From contig DAHVNA010000002.1 of assembly GCA_027319565.1 (NCBI GenBank), positions 56,093 through 120,092 on the forward strand: DNA of 64,000 nucleotides. The letters run 5' to 3'. Under the pieces are notes generated by a model, which searched no databases, was not told the DNA's origin, and saw only the letters and a program-made list of their open reading frames with translations. Below, in pieces: positions 30,546 through 39,546 of the stretch; position 1 is the stretch's first letter; each line of letters starts with the position of its first letter. A program made the position numbers and the translations under genes. The stretch comes from Elusimicrobiota bacterium (lineage in GTDB: Bacteria > Elusimicrobiota > Elusimicrobia > UBA1565 > UBA9628).

Positions 30546-31228
30546 CCGGCGGAATCTTCCAGAACAAATTGAAAAGTCGTCCCGCCGCAAACGATAATAT
30601 CTCCGTCCTTTAAGAGAGTCGAACCGGTGATTTTCTCGCCATTGACCAGAGGATATCCGGAAACGACCGGAATCAAGACATACCCTTCGGGTTTGCGGTA
30701 AATAGAAGCGGCCACCTCGGGCGCCGAACCAAAAAGGCCCGTTCCTCTGATAGGGATTTGAACTCGATCGGATTTACCGATATAGGTGGAAAGGCCCTTA
30801 AGCTCGTATTCCGGAGAACCCTCCAAGCCCTTTAAAACCCTCAAGCGCCCGGATTTGGCGGGAGTTTTGGCCGACTGAGCGAGAATTTGCGATTGTTTCT
30901 CCGGAGTGAGAAAAATTGTTTTATCTCCTGCGGCGGGATCAGAATCTTGGATAAAGACCAATGAATGTTTGGCGACTCCAATAACGTCTTGATGGTGAAG
31001 CCCGCATTTTTTAATTCGTTTCTCATTGACATAGGTCCCATTCGTCGAATCAAGATCCTCGACATAATAGGTACCTCCTTCTAGGGTGATTTTACAGTGA
31101 TTAGAAGAGATGGCGGGATTATTAATCACGATATCGTTATTGGGGGATCTTCCAACCAAAAGCGGCCCTTTCTTTAAATTGATTTCCTTAAGCACCGCCG
31201 CGTTAAACTTAAGAAGGATTTTTGGCAT
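30542..31228 (-). CDS. Double FHA-domain protein
   Basis: First FHA: GRSPNND..I..PAISSNH, DLDSTNGTYVN. Second FHA-like domain: YIGK...VNG..LKDGDII. Confidence 0.9.
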   Translation of the reverse strand: MPKILLKFNAAVLKEINLKKGPLLVGRSPNNDIVINNPAISSNHCKITLEGGTYYVEDLDSTNGTYVNEKRIKKCGLHHQDVIGVAKHSLVFIQDSDPAAGDKTIFLTPEKQSQILAQSAKTPAKSGRLRVLKGLEGSPEYELKGLSTYIGKSDRVQIPIRGTGLFGSAPEVAASIYRKPEGYVLIPVVSGYPLVNGEKITGSTLLKDGDIIVCGGTTFQFVLEDSAG

Positions 31229-32027
31229 TCTTTCCTCTAAAAATTGATTTCATTTTAGACCATGAAGCCCCCAAGGATGATTTTTCCCCGCCCCTTTCCA
31301 CTCGGGCGACCACCACCGTGATATTATCAATTCCGCCGGATTTATTTGCTTCCGAGACTAGGTTTAATGCCAAATTTTTCACGTCATCAAGGCGCGATAA
31401 AATCTCTTGAATGCGGAAATCAGCGACCATCTTGGTCAGGCCATCAGAAGCCAGCAAAATTATATCTCCATAAAAAAGGGGATGAGTGGAAATATCCACT
31501 TCCACATCCGGGTTAGAGCCCACCGCGCGAGTTAAAAGATTTTGAAGTTCCGAAGTCGCGGCTTCTTCTTCCCGAAGAAGGCCTCGCCTGACTTGTTCAT
31601 GGACGACGGAGTGGTCTTCAGTCAGGCAGGACAACACGCCTTGTCTTAGAATATATCCACGGCTGTCTCCTACATGCGCCAGGGTCAAGGTCTTTCCATC
31701 GCCGCAAGCGCACACAAGAGTGGTGCCCATCCCGGCATCCTTGGTCATCGAGCGCCCTTTTTCATAGACCAGGCTGTTGGCCGCCTTGACCGCGGCCTCT
31801 AAATCGGAAGCAGAAACCCGGCATTCATCGCCAGAACATTTCTGAATCAAAAAATCTTTCACCAGAGAAACCGCCAAAGAACTCGCCACCTCTCCGGAAT
31901 TGTGTCCGCCCATGCCATCGGCGACGATGAAAATCCCTCTATCCCCATCGCAGAAAAATGAATCCTCATTATTACTCCGAACCCGTCCAATATCGGTTAG
32001 CCCCGCCGCTTCAAAAAGAGGTTTCAT
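31209..32027 (-). CDS. PP2C/Stp1 family Ser/Thr phosphatase
   Basis: GRVRSNNED, VADGMGG, GMGTT, HVGDSR, SDGL and DNITV motifs. Confidence 0.95.
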   Translation of the reverse strand: MKPLFEAAGLTDIGRVRSNNEDSFFCDGDRGIFIVADGMGGHNSGEVASSLAVSLVKDFLIQKCSGDECRVSASDLEAAVKAANSLVYEKGRSMTKDAGMGTTLVCACGDGKTLTLAHVGDSRGYILRQGVLSCLTEDHSVVHEQVRRGLLREEEAATSELQNLLTRAVGSNPDVEVDISTHPLFYGDIILLASDGLTKMVADFRIQEILSRLDDVKNLALNLVSEANKSGGIDNITVVVARVERGGEKSSLGASWSKMKSIFRGKNAKNPS

Positions 32028-34558
32028 ACCTGGACTTTAAGAACTCCATAGCAAGCGCGGATATCATGGGCGAACTCCGCCGCATTTTGATATCTCGCCT
32101 CCGGGTTTTTCGCCAAACCCCGGTTTAAAATCGCCGACACCGACGGCGGCAAAGAAGGCATAATCGAAAGAGGATCGGGATGGGGGTCGTTAGCGATCTG
32201 AAAGAGAAGGGCCCCGATTCCATCTCCCCCTTTAAACGGCTTTTCTCCGGTCAAGAGTTCGAAAAGAACAACGCTGAGAGAAAAAATATCCGAGCGCCCG
32301 TCGACTTTTTTCCCGGCGACTTGCTCGGGACTCATATACGCGGGCGTTCCCATCACGGTTCCAGTCGCCGTCTTTGAAGAGGTCATCACGCGAGCAATTC
32401 CGAAATCGGCGACGCGAAGGCTGCCGTCTTTAAGAATCATGATATTGGCGGGTTTAATATCTCGATGGACGACTCCCTGCTGATGGGCATAGGCCAAGGC
32501 ATCGGCCACAATCGCGACATATTCCATCGCCGTCTTAAGAGGCATCAAGTGTCCCTTTTCAGTATAAGCCGCCAAGCTTTGGCCCTCTAAAAACTCCATG
32601 GCGATATAGGCCACATCGTCTTCTTCTCCGGCGTCAAAAATGCGAATGATATTAGGATGATTTAATTTCCCCGCCGCTTCCGCTTCGCGGAAAAATCTCT
32701 CTTTAATTTCTTTGACGGATTGAGGATCCGCCTCTTCTCCAAGGCTCATCGTCTTAATCGCGACCCAACGGTTGATTTTAGGATCCTTGCCTAAATAGAC
32801 AATCCCCATCGCGCCGCGCCCCAATTCTTTTTGAATCTCATATCGGCCTAAGGTTGGCTTAGCCGCTCCAGCGGCGATGACGACCGTTCCTTCTTTTTTA
32901 GCGCCAATAGGACTTTTTAAAACCGCGCCACTGGCGGCGGATTTAAGAAGCGTCATTTTAGATTGAATGTCTTTATACTTGCGGTCCTTTTTCGCGATTA
33001 AATCCAAAACCGAAGCGGCCTTGGCGAATTGTCTCTTTCGCTCAAAATCCAAGGCGAGATTATAGAGAATTTCCTTCATCGCCTCATCCAGAGGACACAG
33101 GCGGAATTTTTCAAAAGCGAGATCTAACATCCCTTGTCCCTGAAAGGAAAGTCCCAACATCTTATTAGTCTCAATGGCGGAGGCCTCAACGAGTTCCTTG
33201 CCTTTTTCAGTCACGAAAAACCGCCGGACAACCCCGATCAAATATCCTAAAGCCAATAAAACGGCGGGATAACTGGTTTTAACCCATTCTCCGAGAAGGA
33301 AAAAATAACTCCCAGTGCCTAAAATGAACACGAACAATATAAAACTCAGCGCAAAACCCCAGAAAGCGGAAAGAAACGGCAACGCTAAAATCACAAAAGC
33401 CCCAACCAAGGCAATTAAACCCCATTCTAATTTGGGCGCCCAGGGCGGGCGGGAGATAAAGCGTCCTTCTAAAATATTGGAGGTGATATTGGCCAGGATC
33501 TCGACTGGCGGAATAAGAGGAGCCAAGGGAGTGGTATAAGGAGTGGCAATCCCAGTGGCGGTCAGGCCCACCAGCACAATCTTATTTTTAAACGCCTCCA
33601 TATCCACATGCCCATTCATCACGTCGCTAAAAGAATAGTACCTAAAGGTTCGATAAGGTCCGTTAAACAAAATCATCATCTGGCTTCTGGAATTGAGGGG
33701 AATATGGGTCTGGGCAAAATCAATGGATTTACCTGGAGAAAAAGTCACAGAAGAGGGCGATATCTTCTCGAAAGCTAAGGCCAGGGCCAAGGAATAGGCC
33801 GGAATATAGGAGTTTCCATAGCCCATCACGGGATCAACGCGCCTTAAAATTCCATCGGAGTCCGGTTTTAGATTGGCATGTCCGACGCCGACGGCGGCTT
33901 GGGCGAAAATAGCGATTGGATACGCCGGATCAAAGCCCTTTGGAATAAGCGACGGGTTTAATCCAGGCGTAACCGCCAAACGAACGCTGGCGCTTGAAAA
34001 TAAAGGAAGAGTCGCCGGCGCCTGGGAATGTTCATAACCTCTTTCGGTAAAAATAAGCGGCAAAACGACATTGCCCGATTTCCCAATCGCCGAGGCCAGG
34101 CGCGCATCCGCATCCAAGCGAACTTCCTCGGATGAAATCAAAGCCTCAAATAAACGGTGTCGATCAAAAATTTTGCGGGACGAGGTCAGGCGATGGTAAT
34201 TCTCATCGATGGCTTGAAGGGCTTTGATTCCGCGGTCGTTTTCCGGCTCGGAATAAATAATATCAAGGCCGATCACTCCCGCTTGAGCCTCTTTGAGCTT
34301 ATCCAAGAGTTTGGCAATCCGGGTTCGCGGCCAGGGCCAGCGCCCCAATTGAGCGATCGAATCATTGTCAATGGCGATAATGGCTATTTGCCGGCCGGAG
34401 CTTAAGTCTTGGCGAAGAGTGGATCTCCAATCATAGAATTTACGCTCAAAAGATCTAAAAGCGGGAAAGCCCGACGGAAAGCGGTAGCCCAAAGAAACAC
34501 AGGAGGTTAAAAAAACCCCGAGCAAGATATCCCAGACAAGCCCTTTTTTTCTCAACAT
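32024..34558 (-). CDS. CHASE2-sensor Hanks-type Ser/Thr protein kinase
   Basis: CHASE2 domain (GRWPWPR, DSDGILRR), three TM helices, helical linker, then kinase motifs LGRGAMG, VAIK, HRDIKPAN, DFG and YMSPEQ. Confidence 0.93.
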   Translation of the reverse strand: MLRKKGLVWDILLGVFLTSCVSLGYRFPSGFPAFRSFERKFYDWRSTLRQDLSSGRQIAIIAIDNDSIAQLGRWPWPRTRIAKLLDKLKEAQAGVIGLDIIYSEPENDRGIKALQAIDENYHRLTSSRKIFDRHRLFEALISSEEVRLDADARLASAIGKSGNVVLPLIFTERGYEHSQAPATLPLFSSASVRLAVTPGLNPSLIPKGFDPAYPIAIFAQAAVGVGHANLKPDSDGILRRVDPVMGYGNSYIPAYSLALALAFEKISPSSVTFSPGKSIDFAQTHIPLNSRSQMMILFNGPYRTFRYYSFSDVMNGHVDMEAFKNKIVLVGLTATGIATPYTTPLAPLIPPVEILANITSNILEGRFISRPPWAPKLEWGLIALVGAFVILALPFLSAFWGFALSFILFVFILGTGSYFFLLGEWVKTSYPAVLLALGYLIGVVRRFFVTEKGKELVEASAIETNKMLGLSFQGQGMLDLAFEKFRLCPLDEAMKEILYNLALDFERKRQFAKAASVLDLIAKKDRKYKDIQSKMTLLKSAASGAVLKSPIGAKKEGTVVIAAGAAKPTLGRYEIQKELGRGAMGIVYLGKDPKINRWVAIKTMSLGEEADPQSVKEIKERFFREAEAAGKLNHPNIIRIFDAGEEDDVAYIAMEFLEGQSLAAYTEKGHLMPLKTAMEYVAIVADALAYAHQQGVVHRDIKPANIMILKDGSLRVADFGIARVMTSSKTATGTVMGTPAYMSPEQVAGKKVDGRSDIFSLSVVLFELLTGEKPFKGGDGIGALLFQIANDPHPDPLSIMPSLPPSVSAILNRGLAKNPEARYQNAAEFAHDIRACYGVLKVQV

Positions 34559-34580
34559 TATTTTTAAGGCGGCTTCCAAA

Positions 34581-34609
34581 AGTGTAGCGGAAGAATCGCT
34601 TTCTGTCAA
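34581..34609 (-). promoter_or_regulatory. Sigma70-type promoter of the kinase operon
   Basis: TTGACA-N17-TACACT on the minus strand. Confidence 0.7.
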
Positions 34610-34631
34610 CCCGGAATTTTAGGCGCGCCTC

Positions 34632-34660
34632 TTGAGACTCCTTCGGTAAAAATATAGAAT
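34632..34660 (+). promoter_or_regulatory. Sigma70-type promoter of hicA (probably leaderless)
   Basis: TTGAGA-N17-TAGAAT, ending 7 nt before the GTG. Confidence 0.6.
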
Positions 34661-34667
34661 AGAATTC

Positions 34668-34853
34668 GTGAAAAGACGAGACCTGATTAAATATCTCACC
34701 GATAACGGATGCGTCCTCATACGAGAGGGAGGAAAATACTCCATTTATCAAAATCCCGTCAACCAAAAAGAAGTTCCCATTACCCGGCACCCCGAGATGG
34801 AAGATTTCGCGGCCCGGAAAGTCTGTAAGCAGCTCGGCCTTCCGCCGTTTTAA
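34668..34853 (+). CDS. hicA: HicA family toxin with no adjacent hicB
   Basis: MKRRDLIKYL..NGC.L.REG...SIY.NP....VPI.RH.E......CKQLG signature. Confidence 0.85.
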   Translation: MKRRDLIKYLTDNGCVLIREGGKYSIYQNPVNQKEVPITRHPEMEDFAARKVCKQLGLPPF

Positions 34854-34865
34854 GATCTCGTTAAA

Positions 34866-35024
34866 CTAACGGCGAATCAAAACGACCATCGAATAGCCCA
34901 GAAAAATTCCGACGATTCCGGCAATTCCGGCCAATGTCGGCGGAGCTGGTACCGGCAAACGCAAAAAACCGAACAGAAAACCGCACCCGGCGCCGCTAAT
35001 TAGACTGAGAATAATCGTTTTCAT
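34866..35024 (-). CDS. XapX/DUF1427 family small membrane protein (52 aa, not in the ORF track)
   Basis: Translated by hand: MKTIILSLISGAGCGFLFGFLRLPVPAPPTLAGIAGIVGIFLGYSMVVLIRR. Carries the LPVPAPP motif; ATGA overlap with the upstream GT2 stop. Confidence 0.85.
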   Translation of the reverse strand: MKTIILSLISGAGCGFLFGFLRLPVPAPPTLAGIAGIVGIFLGYSMVVLIRR

Positions 35025-35728
35025 GGATTCATTCTAACAAGTTTTATCCATCTCAAAATCAGGCGAAGATGAGAAAGGATTTCGCGAGGCAAATCTAATT
35101 TTGATTTTCCGCATTGCCGATTGGTCAATTTCGCCGGGGTTTCTGAAATCTTAAATCCGTGAATCCAAAAAAGAGCCGCGATTTCGGCATTAACTTCAAA
35201 GCCTCCGCTTTGAATGGAAAGGCTCTTGAGGCAAGAACTTCGGTATAAGCGAAAAATAGACGTAAAAGAAGAGAGGGGAATTCCCCAAGCCACGCGGTAG
35301 AAAAGATTGGCGAGACGGCTTAAAGCTCGCCGCCAAAATAAAACATCAGACCCGGCTTGAGAGTCCAGCCATGGCGAGCCTGAAACCATATCGGATAAAT
35401 TCCACCTTTGATTTTCTATTAATTGAAGAATTTGCCTGGGAGAAAAGGTTAAATCCGCGTCTAAAACCAAAATCCATTCCCCCGCAGATTGGGCAAAGCC
35501 GCTTTTAAGCGCTTCCCCTAAACCTCGGTTTTCCCGATGAATGACTAGTTTGATTTCTCGAGAGCTTTCAAACCGCTTTAATATTTCTTGACTTCCATCA
35601 TCAGAACCGTCATCAATGACAATAAGTTCAAACTCTTCGCCAAGCGATTTTAGAATCGGGAAAAGAGATTCCGGAAATCGTTCAATATTTTCTCGCTCAT
35701 TAAAACATGGGATGATAATTGAAATCAC
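35021..35728 (-). CDS. GT2 glycosyltransferase (polyprenol-phosphate mannosyltransferase-like)
   Basis: SIIIPCFNE, IDDGSDD, NRGLG and LDADL motifs. Confidence 0.88.
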   Translation of the reverse strand: MISIIIPCFNERENIERFPESLFPILKSLGEEFELIVIDDGSDDGSQEILKRFESSREIKLVIHRENRGLGEALKSGFAQSAGEWILVLDADLTFSPRQILQLIENQRWNLSDMVSGSPWLDSQAGSDVLFWRRALSRLANLFYRVAWGIPLSSFTSIFRLYRSSCLKSLSIQSGGFEVNAEIAALFWIHGFKISETPAKLTNRQCGKSKLDLPREILSHLRLILRWIKLVRMNP

Positions 35729-35731
35729 GAT

Positions 35732-36499
35732 TTAATTTTGAAAAGGCTTCGGTCGAAATTGAATCGGCCCTTGGGAATAATCGCCTCTTGAGAGCCACTT
35801 TTCAATCAGGCAATAAAGAACGATAAACAAATACCGCGATCCCATTTCTTTAATCTTAAGTTTGGATAAGCCTTTTTTTCGATTGCGCCATTGATTAGGG
35901 AGAACCGTCCATGTATAACCCCGAATGATCGCTTTAAGCGGAAGCTCCACCGTCAAATTAAAGTGGCTGCTTAAATAGGGCTTGACGCCCTCCAACACCC
36001 GGCAATGATAAAGTTTAAAGGCGTTCGTCGTGTCGTTATAATCAATTCCAAACAAAAGCCGGATAAACCCATTGGCCAGGCGATTGAGAATGAGCTTAAA
36101 AACAGGGTATTCAACTGTTCCTCCGCCGGCGATAAAACGAGATCCAAAGACGCAATCAACCCCGCTTGATTCCATCGCTCTAAAGAAAGCGACCAAATCC
36201 TCGGGCGAATCAGAACCGTCCGCCATGAAAATCGCCACTGCGTCGCCCTGAAAGTGTTCAAACCCGGTTCGAATTGCCAATCCAAATCCGTGCGGGAAAG
36301 GACTCTCAAGGGGGCGCAACCCGGGGATTGCCAAAGATAGGCGTTTTAACGTTTCCGTAGTCTCATCCAAGGAATGATCATCTACGACTAAAATTTCATG
36401 TTCGATATTTTCCGAATTCAGCTTCCCGGATAAACTTTGAAGGGTTGATTCCAAATTTAAAGCTTCGTTGCGCGCCGGAATAATGACGGAGAGTTTCAT
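35732..36499 (-). CDS. GT2 glycosyltransferase (DPM1-like)
   Basis: SVIIPARNE, VDDHS.D, MADGSD, GSRF and DTTNAFK motifs. Confidence 0.9.
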   Translation of the reverse strand: MKLSVIIPARNEALNLESTLQSLSGKLNSENIEHEILVVDDHSLDETTETLKRLSLAIPGLRPLESPFPHGFGLAIRTGFEHFQGDAVAIFMADGSDSPEDLVAFFRAMESSGVDCVFGSRFIAGGGTVEYPVFKLILNRLANGFIRLLFGIDYNDTTNAFKLYHCRVLEGVKPYLSSHFNLTVELPLKAIIRGYTWTVLPNQWRNRKKGLSKLKIKEMGSRYLFIVLYCLIEKWLSRGDYSQGPIQFRPKPFQN

Positions 36500-36531
36500 T
36501 TCGAAGAATCGATAACGTTGATAACAATTAA

Positions 36532-36559
36532 AAGAGGCCCCATTGAACTGGGGCCTCTT
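36532..36559. terminator. Intrinsic terminator-like hairpin
   Basis: AAGAGGCCCCA-TTGAAC-TGGGGCCTCTT, downstream of the 36580..37053 gene, with a T-run on the minus strand. Confidence 0.75.
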
Positions 36560-36579
36560 AAGTTTAGTAAAAAATTTAA

Positions 36580-37053
36580 CTAGGCTTTTGGCTCAAAGTG
36601 TCCGGGAACCAAGACCCGGGCGGGAAAACCCAAGATTTTTCCCTTTCTGCGGGACAATCCGTAGTCTAAATCGCGAACCAAGGGGTGGGTGATCGGAAGG
36701 GCGCGGGAAACATTGAGCATCAAAATCTCAACCTGGGCATCCATCTTATAGGGACCGCTGTGAGGCGTTCCCACCTTGACGTTGACCGGAATACCGTATT
36801 TTTGGGAAATCGCCGCTAGGCAAGGGGCCATCGTCTTCTGGGCCTGGGTCAGGCTCAGCGGGGCGAAAAACCGGGCGTCCACAATCTGGCACTGGGAAAT
36901 TTGAAAGGGGTCGACCGGTTTCATGAAGTAAATCCCCCGCTCGACTCCAATGGCAAACTCTGATGCCGCTTCTCCGGGCAGAACCGACACTTGGGCGAAA
37001 ACTTGGGGAGTCAAGATAAACAGGCTGGAAACCAAGAGCAACATTTTTTTCAT
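36580..37053 (-). CDS. Hypothetical secreted protein
   Basis: SD AAGGAGG; signal peptide MKKMLLLVSSLFILTPQVFA. Confidence 0.7.
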   Translation of the reverse strand: MKKMLLLVSSLFILTPQVFAQVSVLPGEAASEFAIGVERGIYFMKPVDPFQISQCQIVDARFFAPLSLTQAQKTMAPCLAAISQKYGIPVNVKVGTPHSGPYKMDAQVEILMLNVSRALPITHPLVRDLDYGLSRRKGKILGFPARVLVPGHFEPKA

Positions 37054-37192
37054 ATCATCCTCCTTTACTACTGAACCTAATTTTATGATAGCGCTTGCCG
37101 GCCAAAACCCCAATGACTGAACTCAACAAGTCCTATTGATTTAAATCAATCTCCCCGCGGCTATTTATGTAATATAAGAATTGGAAGGCGCC

Positions 37193-37819
37193 ATGAAAAA
37201 AACTGTTTTCCCCGCGATGGGCCTGTTTTTCTTTGCCTCCTGCGGGCTCATCCATTCTCCCCACAATCCCCAAAATAGCGAAGAAAACAACCTTCCCAAA
37301 ATTTCAGAAAAAAATTTTTATAAAGGGCGCTATCCTCTCTCATCAAAAGCGGTCATCACCTATCCCCCGCTGATTCGCCAAAAGTCTCCCAACCTCTGCG
37401 GTCTTGCCGCCGCGCAAATGATCGCCTCTTACTACGGTCAAAATTTAAATCAAGAAGATTTAGACGCCGTAGAGAAAACGGCGCAAAAAATGGGCGGAGC
37501 CTCGGGGCAAGAACTGAAAAATCTCTTTCAAAATTCAGGGTTTAAGGTCTCTCTTTTTCCAGGTTCTTTAAAATCCGGGCCGCGCGGTATTTTTTCTGAA
37601 ATTGACCGCGGTCGCCCCTTAATCGTCATGCTTAAGAAAGGTTTAGAAGGCCATTACATGGTGCTCGACGGCTATGACCCGGAAAAGAATCTCATAATCT
37701 TAAACGATCCCCGGAATGGACCTATCGCTCTACCCATTAAAAATTTTAAAATGGGATGGGAATTGGCCGGAAAGTTCACCCTTCTTGCCTTCCCCGCTGA
37801 AAACGCGCCAAATCCATGA
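37193..37819 (+). CDS. Stand-alone C39-family cysteine peptidase, predicted lipoprotein
   Basis: Lipobox FFFASC, Q.S.NLCGLAA (catalytic Cys), GRPLIV, GHYMVLDGYD and LNDP motifs. Confidence 0.85.
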   Translation: MKKTVFPAMGLFFFASCGLIHSPHNPQNSEENNLPKISEKNFYKGRYPLSSKAVITYPPLIRQKSPNLCGLAAAQMIASYYGQNLNQEDLDAVEKTAQKMGGASGQELKNLFQNSGFKVSLFPGSLKSGPRGIFSEIDRGRPLIVMLKKGLEGHYMVLDGYDPEKNLIILNDPRNGPIALPIKNFKMGWELAGKFTLLAFPAENAPNP

Positions 37820-38319
37820 TTAAGAAAATTTTTTTGCTTTCCTTAGGCGCGAATCTTCTTTGGTCTTATTTTCCCGCGCCCCTTTATCCCGAGGATTTAT
37901 TGGGAGACAAAATCGCGGAGATATCCGCGCAAGAACACAGGTTCTGTCCGGCCACTCCCGATGATTCATCTCTGTTAAAAGAGCGCGGGGGCGGCTGTTT
38001 CGCCGATTGTTTCTTAAACCCTTTTGGAAGCGATGAATGCGACGCCTGCCGCACTTCGGCCTCAGACCCGATGCCGGAATGGACGACCAAGGAAAAAATT
38101 CTCTGGTCGATTGGAAGTCTTTTACTGGCCGGAGCCGTCATCTGGCTTTCGTCAAAACTCAATCAAGGTTCTAATTGCGCTTCCGCGGCCTGTTCCGGAG
38201 CTTATTATGGCAACGACCCCTATAACTATTACTCTGATCCTTACTATGGAGGAGGAGGTTATCCCTACTCCGCTTCCGCGCTCAAATTTCGCCCGGTAAA
38301 ATTCAATAGAGGTAAATAA
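37816..38319 (+). CDS. Hypothetical exported Cys-rich membrane protein with a GG-like motif
   Basis: ATGA coupling to the C39 gene; signal peptide, LLKERGG, Cys cluster, TM helix and Tyr/Gly-rich tail. Confidence 0.65.
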   Translation: MIKKIFLLSLGANLLWSYFPAPLYPEDLLGDKIAEISAQEHRFCPATPDDSSLLKERGGGCFADCFLNPFGSDECDACRTSASDPMPEWTTKEKILWSIGSLLLAGAVIWLSSKLNQGSNCASAACSGAYYGNDPYNYYSDPYYGGGGYPYSASALKFRPVKFNRGK

Positions 38320-38320
38320 A

Positions 38321-38704
38321 ATGAAAAATCTCAAAAAAAACACATCTTGGAAATTAGTCTCCTTAAGCGCGCTTCTTATTTTCCTATCCGGATGCACATC
38401 GATGGGAACCTTGGGAATCGTCTCTAAAAGCGAGGCAGATCCGGCTTCAATCTTAAAATCAGGCCGCCCGTTTAAGGCCATGGGACCGGCTTCGGGAAGC
38501 GCATGCAAGTATATTTTGCTTTCCATCGTCCCTTGGGGAGATTCCGATCTTGAATCGGCGGTTCGAAGGGCTCTCAAGAAATCGAATGGAGACGCTTTAA
38601 TCAATGTCTCCGTCGCCAATAGTCTCTATAGCTTTCTTCCTATCTATAATATAGTCAGCGTTTCCTGCACCGCGGTCAAGGGAATCGCCATTAAATATCA
38701 ATAA
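38321..38704 (+). CDS. Small lipoprotein (TRL/YbjQ-like)
   Basis: Lipobox IFLSGC; G.ACKYILL.IVPWGD..LE.AV..AL....GDALINV...CTAVKG pattern. Confidence 0.7.
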   Translation: MKNLKKNTSWKLVSLSALLIFLSGCTSMGTLGIVSKSEADPASILKSGRPFKAMGPASGSACKYILLSIVPWGDSDLESAVRRALKKSNGDALINVSVANSLYSFLPIYNIVSVSCTAVKGIAIKYQ

Positions 38705-38724
38705 GTAAGAAATAAGGAAAAACT

Positions 38725-39546
38725 ATGTTGAAAAAAATATCTGTTGTCTTAATATCCTTGCCTGTTTTTTTGTCCGCCTGCGTTCCTTATCCCGGAATGC
38801 AATCGGCGGTGTATCATCCGCAGGCCTTGGCCCGAAGTTCATTCGCCCCCCTCAAAGGCGCCGCCAACGCCCAGACCCAGCACTTCTTTGTCGAGGCCAT
38901 GGGGCAAAGCGCGGCGACTCAATACGCCAATGCCGCTGAAAACCTCTACAACCGTCTCATGATTGACGCCGGAATCATGAATTATCAGCCTTCAAGCCCT
39001 TTAAAAATCATCTTCTATCCGAATCAAAGCGAATTTGATAAAAAGACGGGGCAGCCTTCCGGCTCTCGAGGCGTCATTTACCGAGGGGCTCTTTACACCT
39101 ATATCAGCCCGACGCTCGACAACAGGCTTTCTTATGAAATTACCCAGTTGGTCTTGACTAATTATATCCACCGCCCCAACCCCGATTGGATCTGGGTCAA
39201 AAACGGTTTAGCCGCATATGAAGAAATGAAAACCATGCAATTGGCCGGAAACCAGCAAGATCTTTTCGCCTTGGTAAGAAGCCAGATGCGCCAGAGCCCT
39301 TATCCAATGTCTCAACTCACTACCATGGCTCCGCCGGATGACGAGTCAGTGTCCTCAAGCGCTTGGGACTGCGAGTCTGAATCCATGGTTAATTTCATGA
39401 TTTCCCAAGCCGGAAACTCGCAATTTGGGCAATTCCTAGCCAATCTCCAAGGCAATGAAGATGTAAGCTCCGCAATCGGACAAGCCTTTAACGGAAAATG
39501 GACGGGGCTTAATTCTTTCTACCAAGCTTGGCAGCAGCGTGGATAG
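38725..39546 (+). CDS. Lipoprotein with a peptidase-MA (gluzincin)-like fold and degenerate active site
   Basis: Lipobox FLSAC; YEITQ at the HExxH position; WVKNGLAAYEE at the WxNEGLA position. Confidence 0.6.
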   Translation: MLKKISVVLISLPVFLSACVPYPGMQSAVYHPQALARSSFAPLKGAANAQTQHFFVEAMGQSAATQYANAAENLYNRLMIDAGIMNYQPSSPLKIIFYPNQSEFDKKTGQPSGSRGVIYRGALYTYISPTLDNRLSYEITQLVLTNYIHRPNPDWIWVKNGLAAYEEMKTMQLAGNQQDLFALVRSQMRQSPYPMSQLTTMAPPDDESVSSSAWDCESESMVNFMISQAGNSQFGQFLANLQGNEDVSSAIGQAFNGKWTGLNSFYQAWQQRG

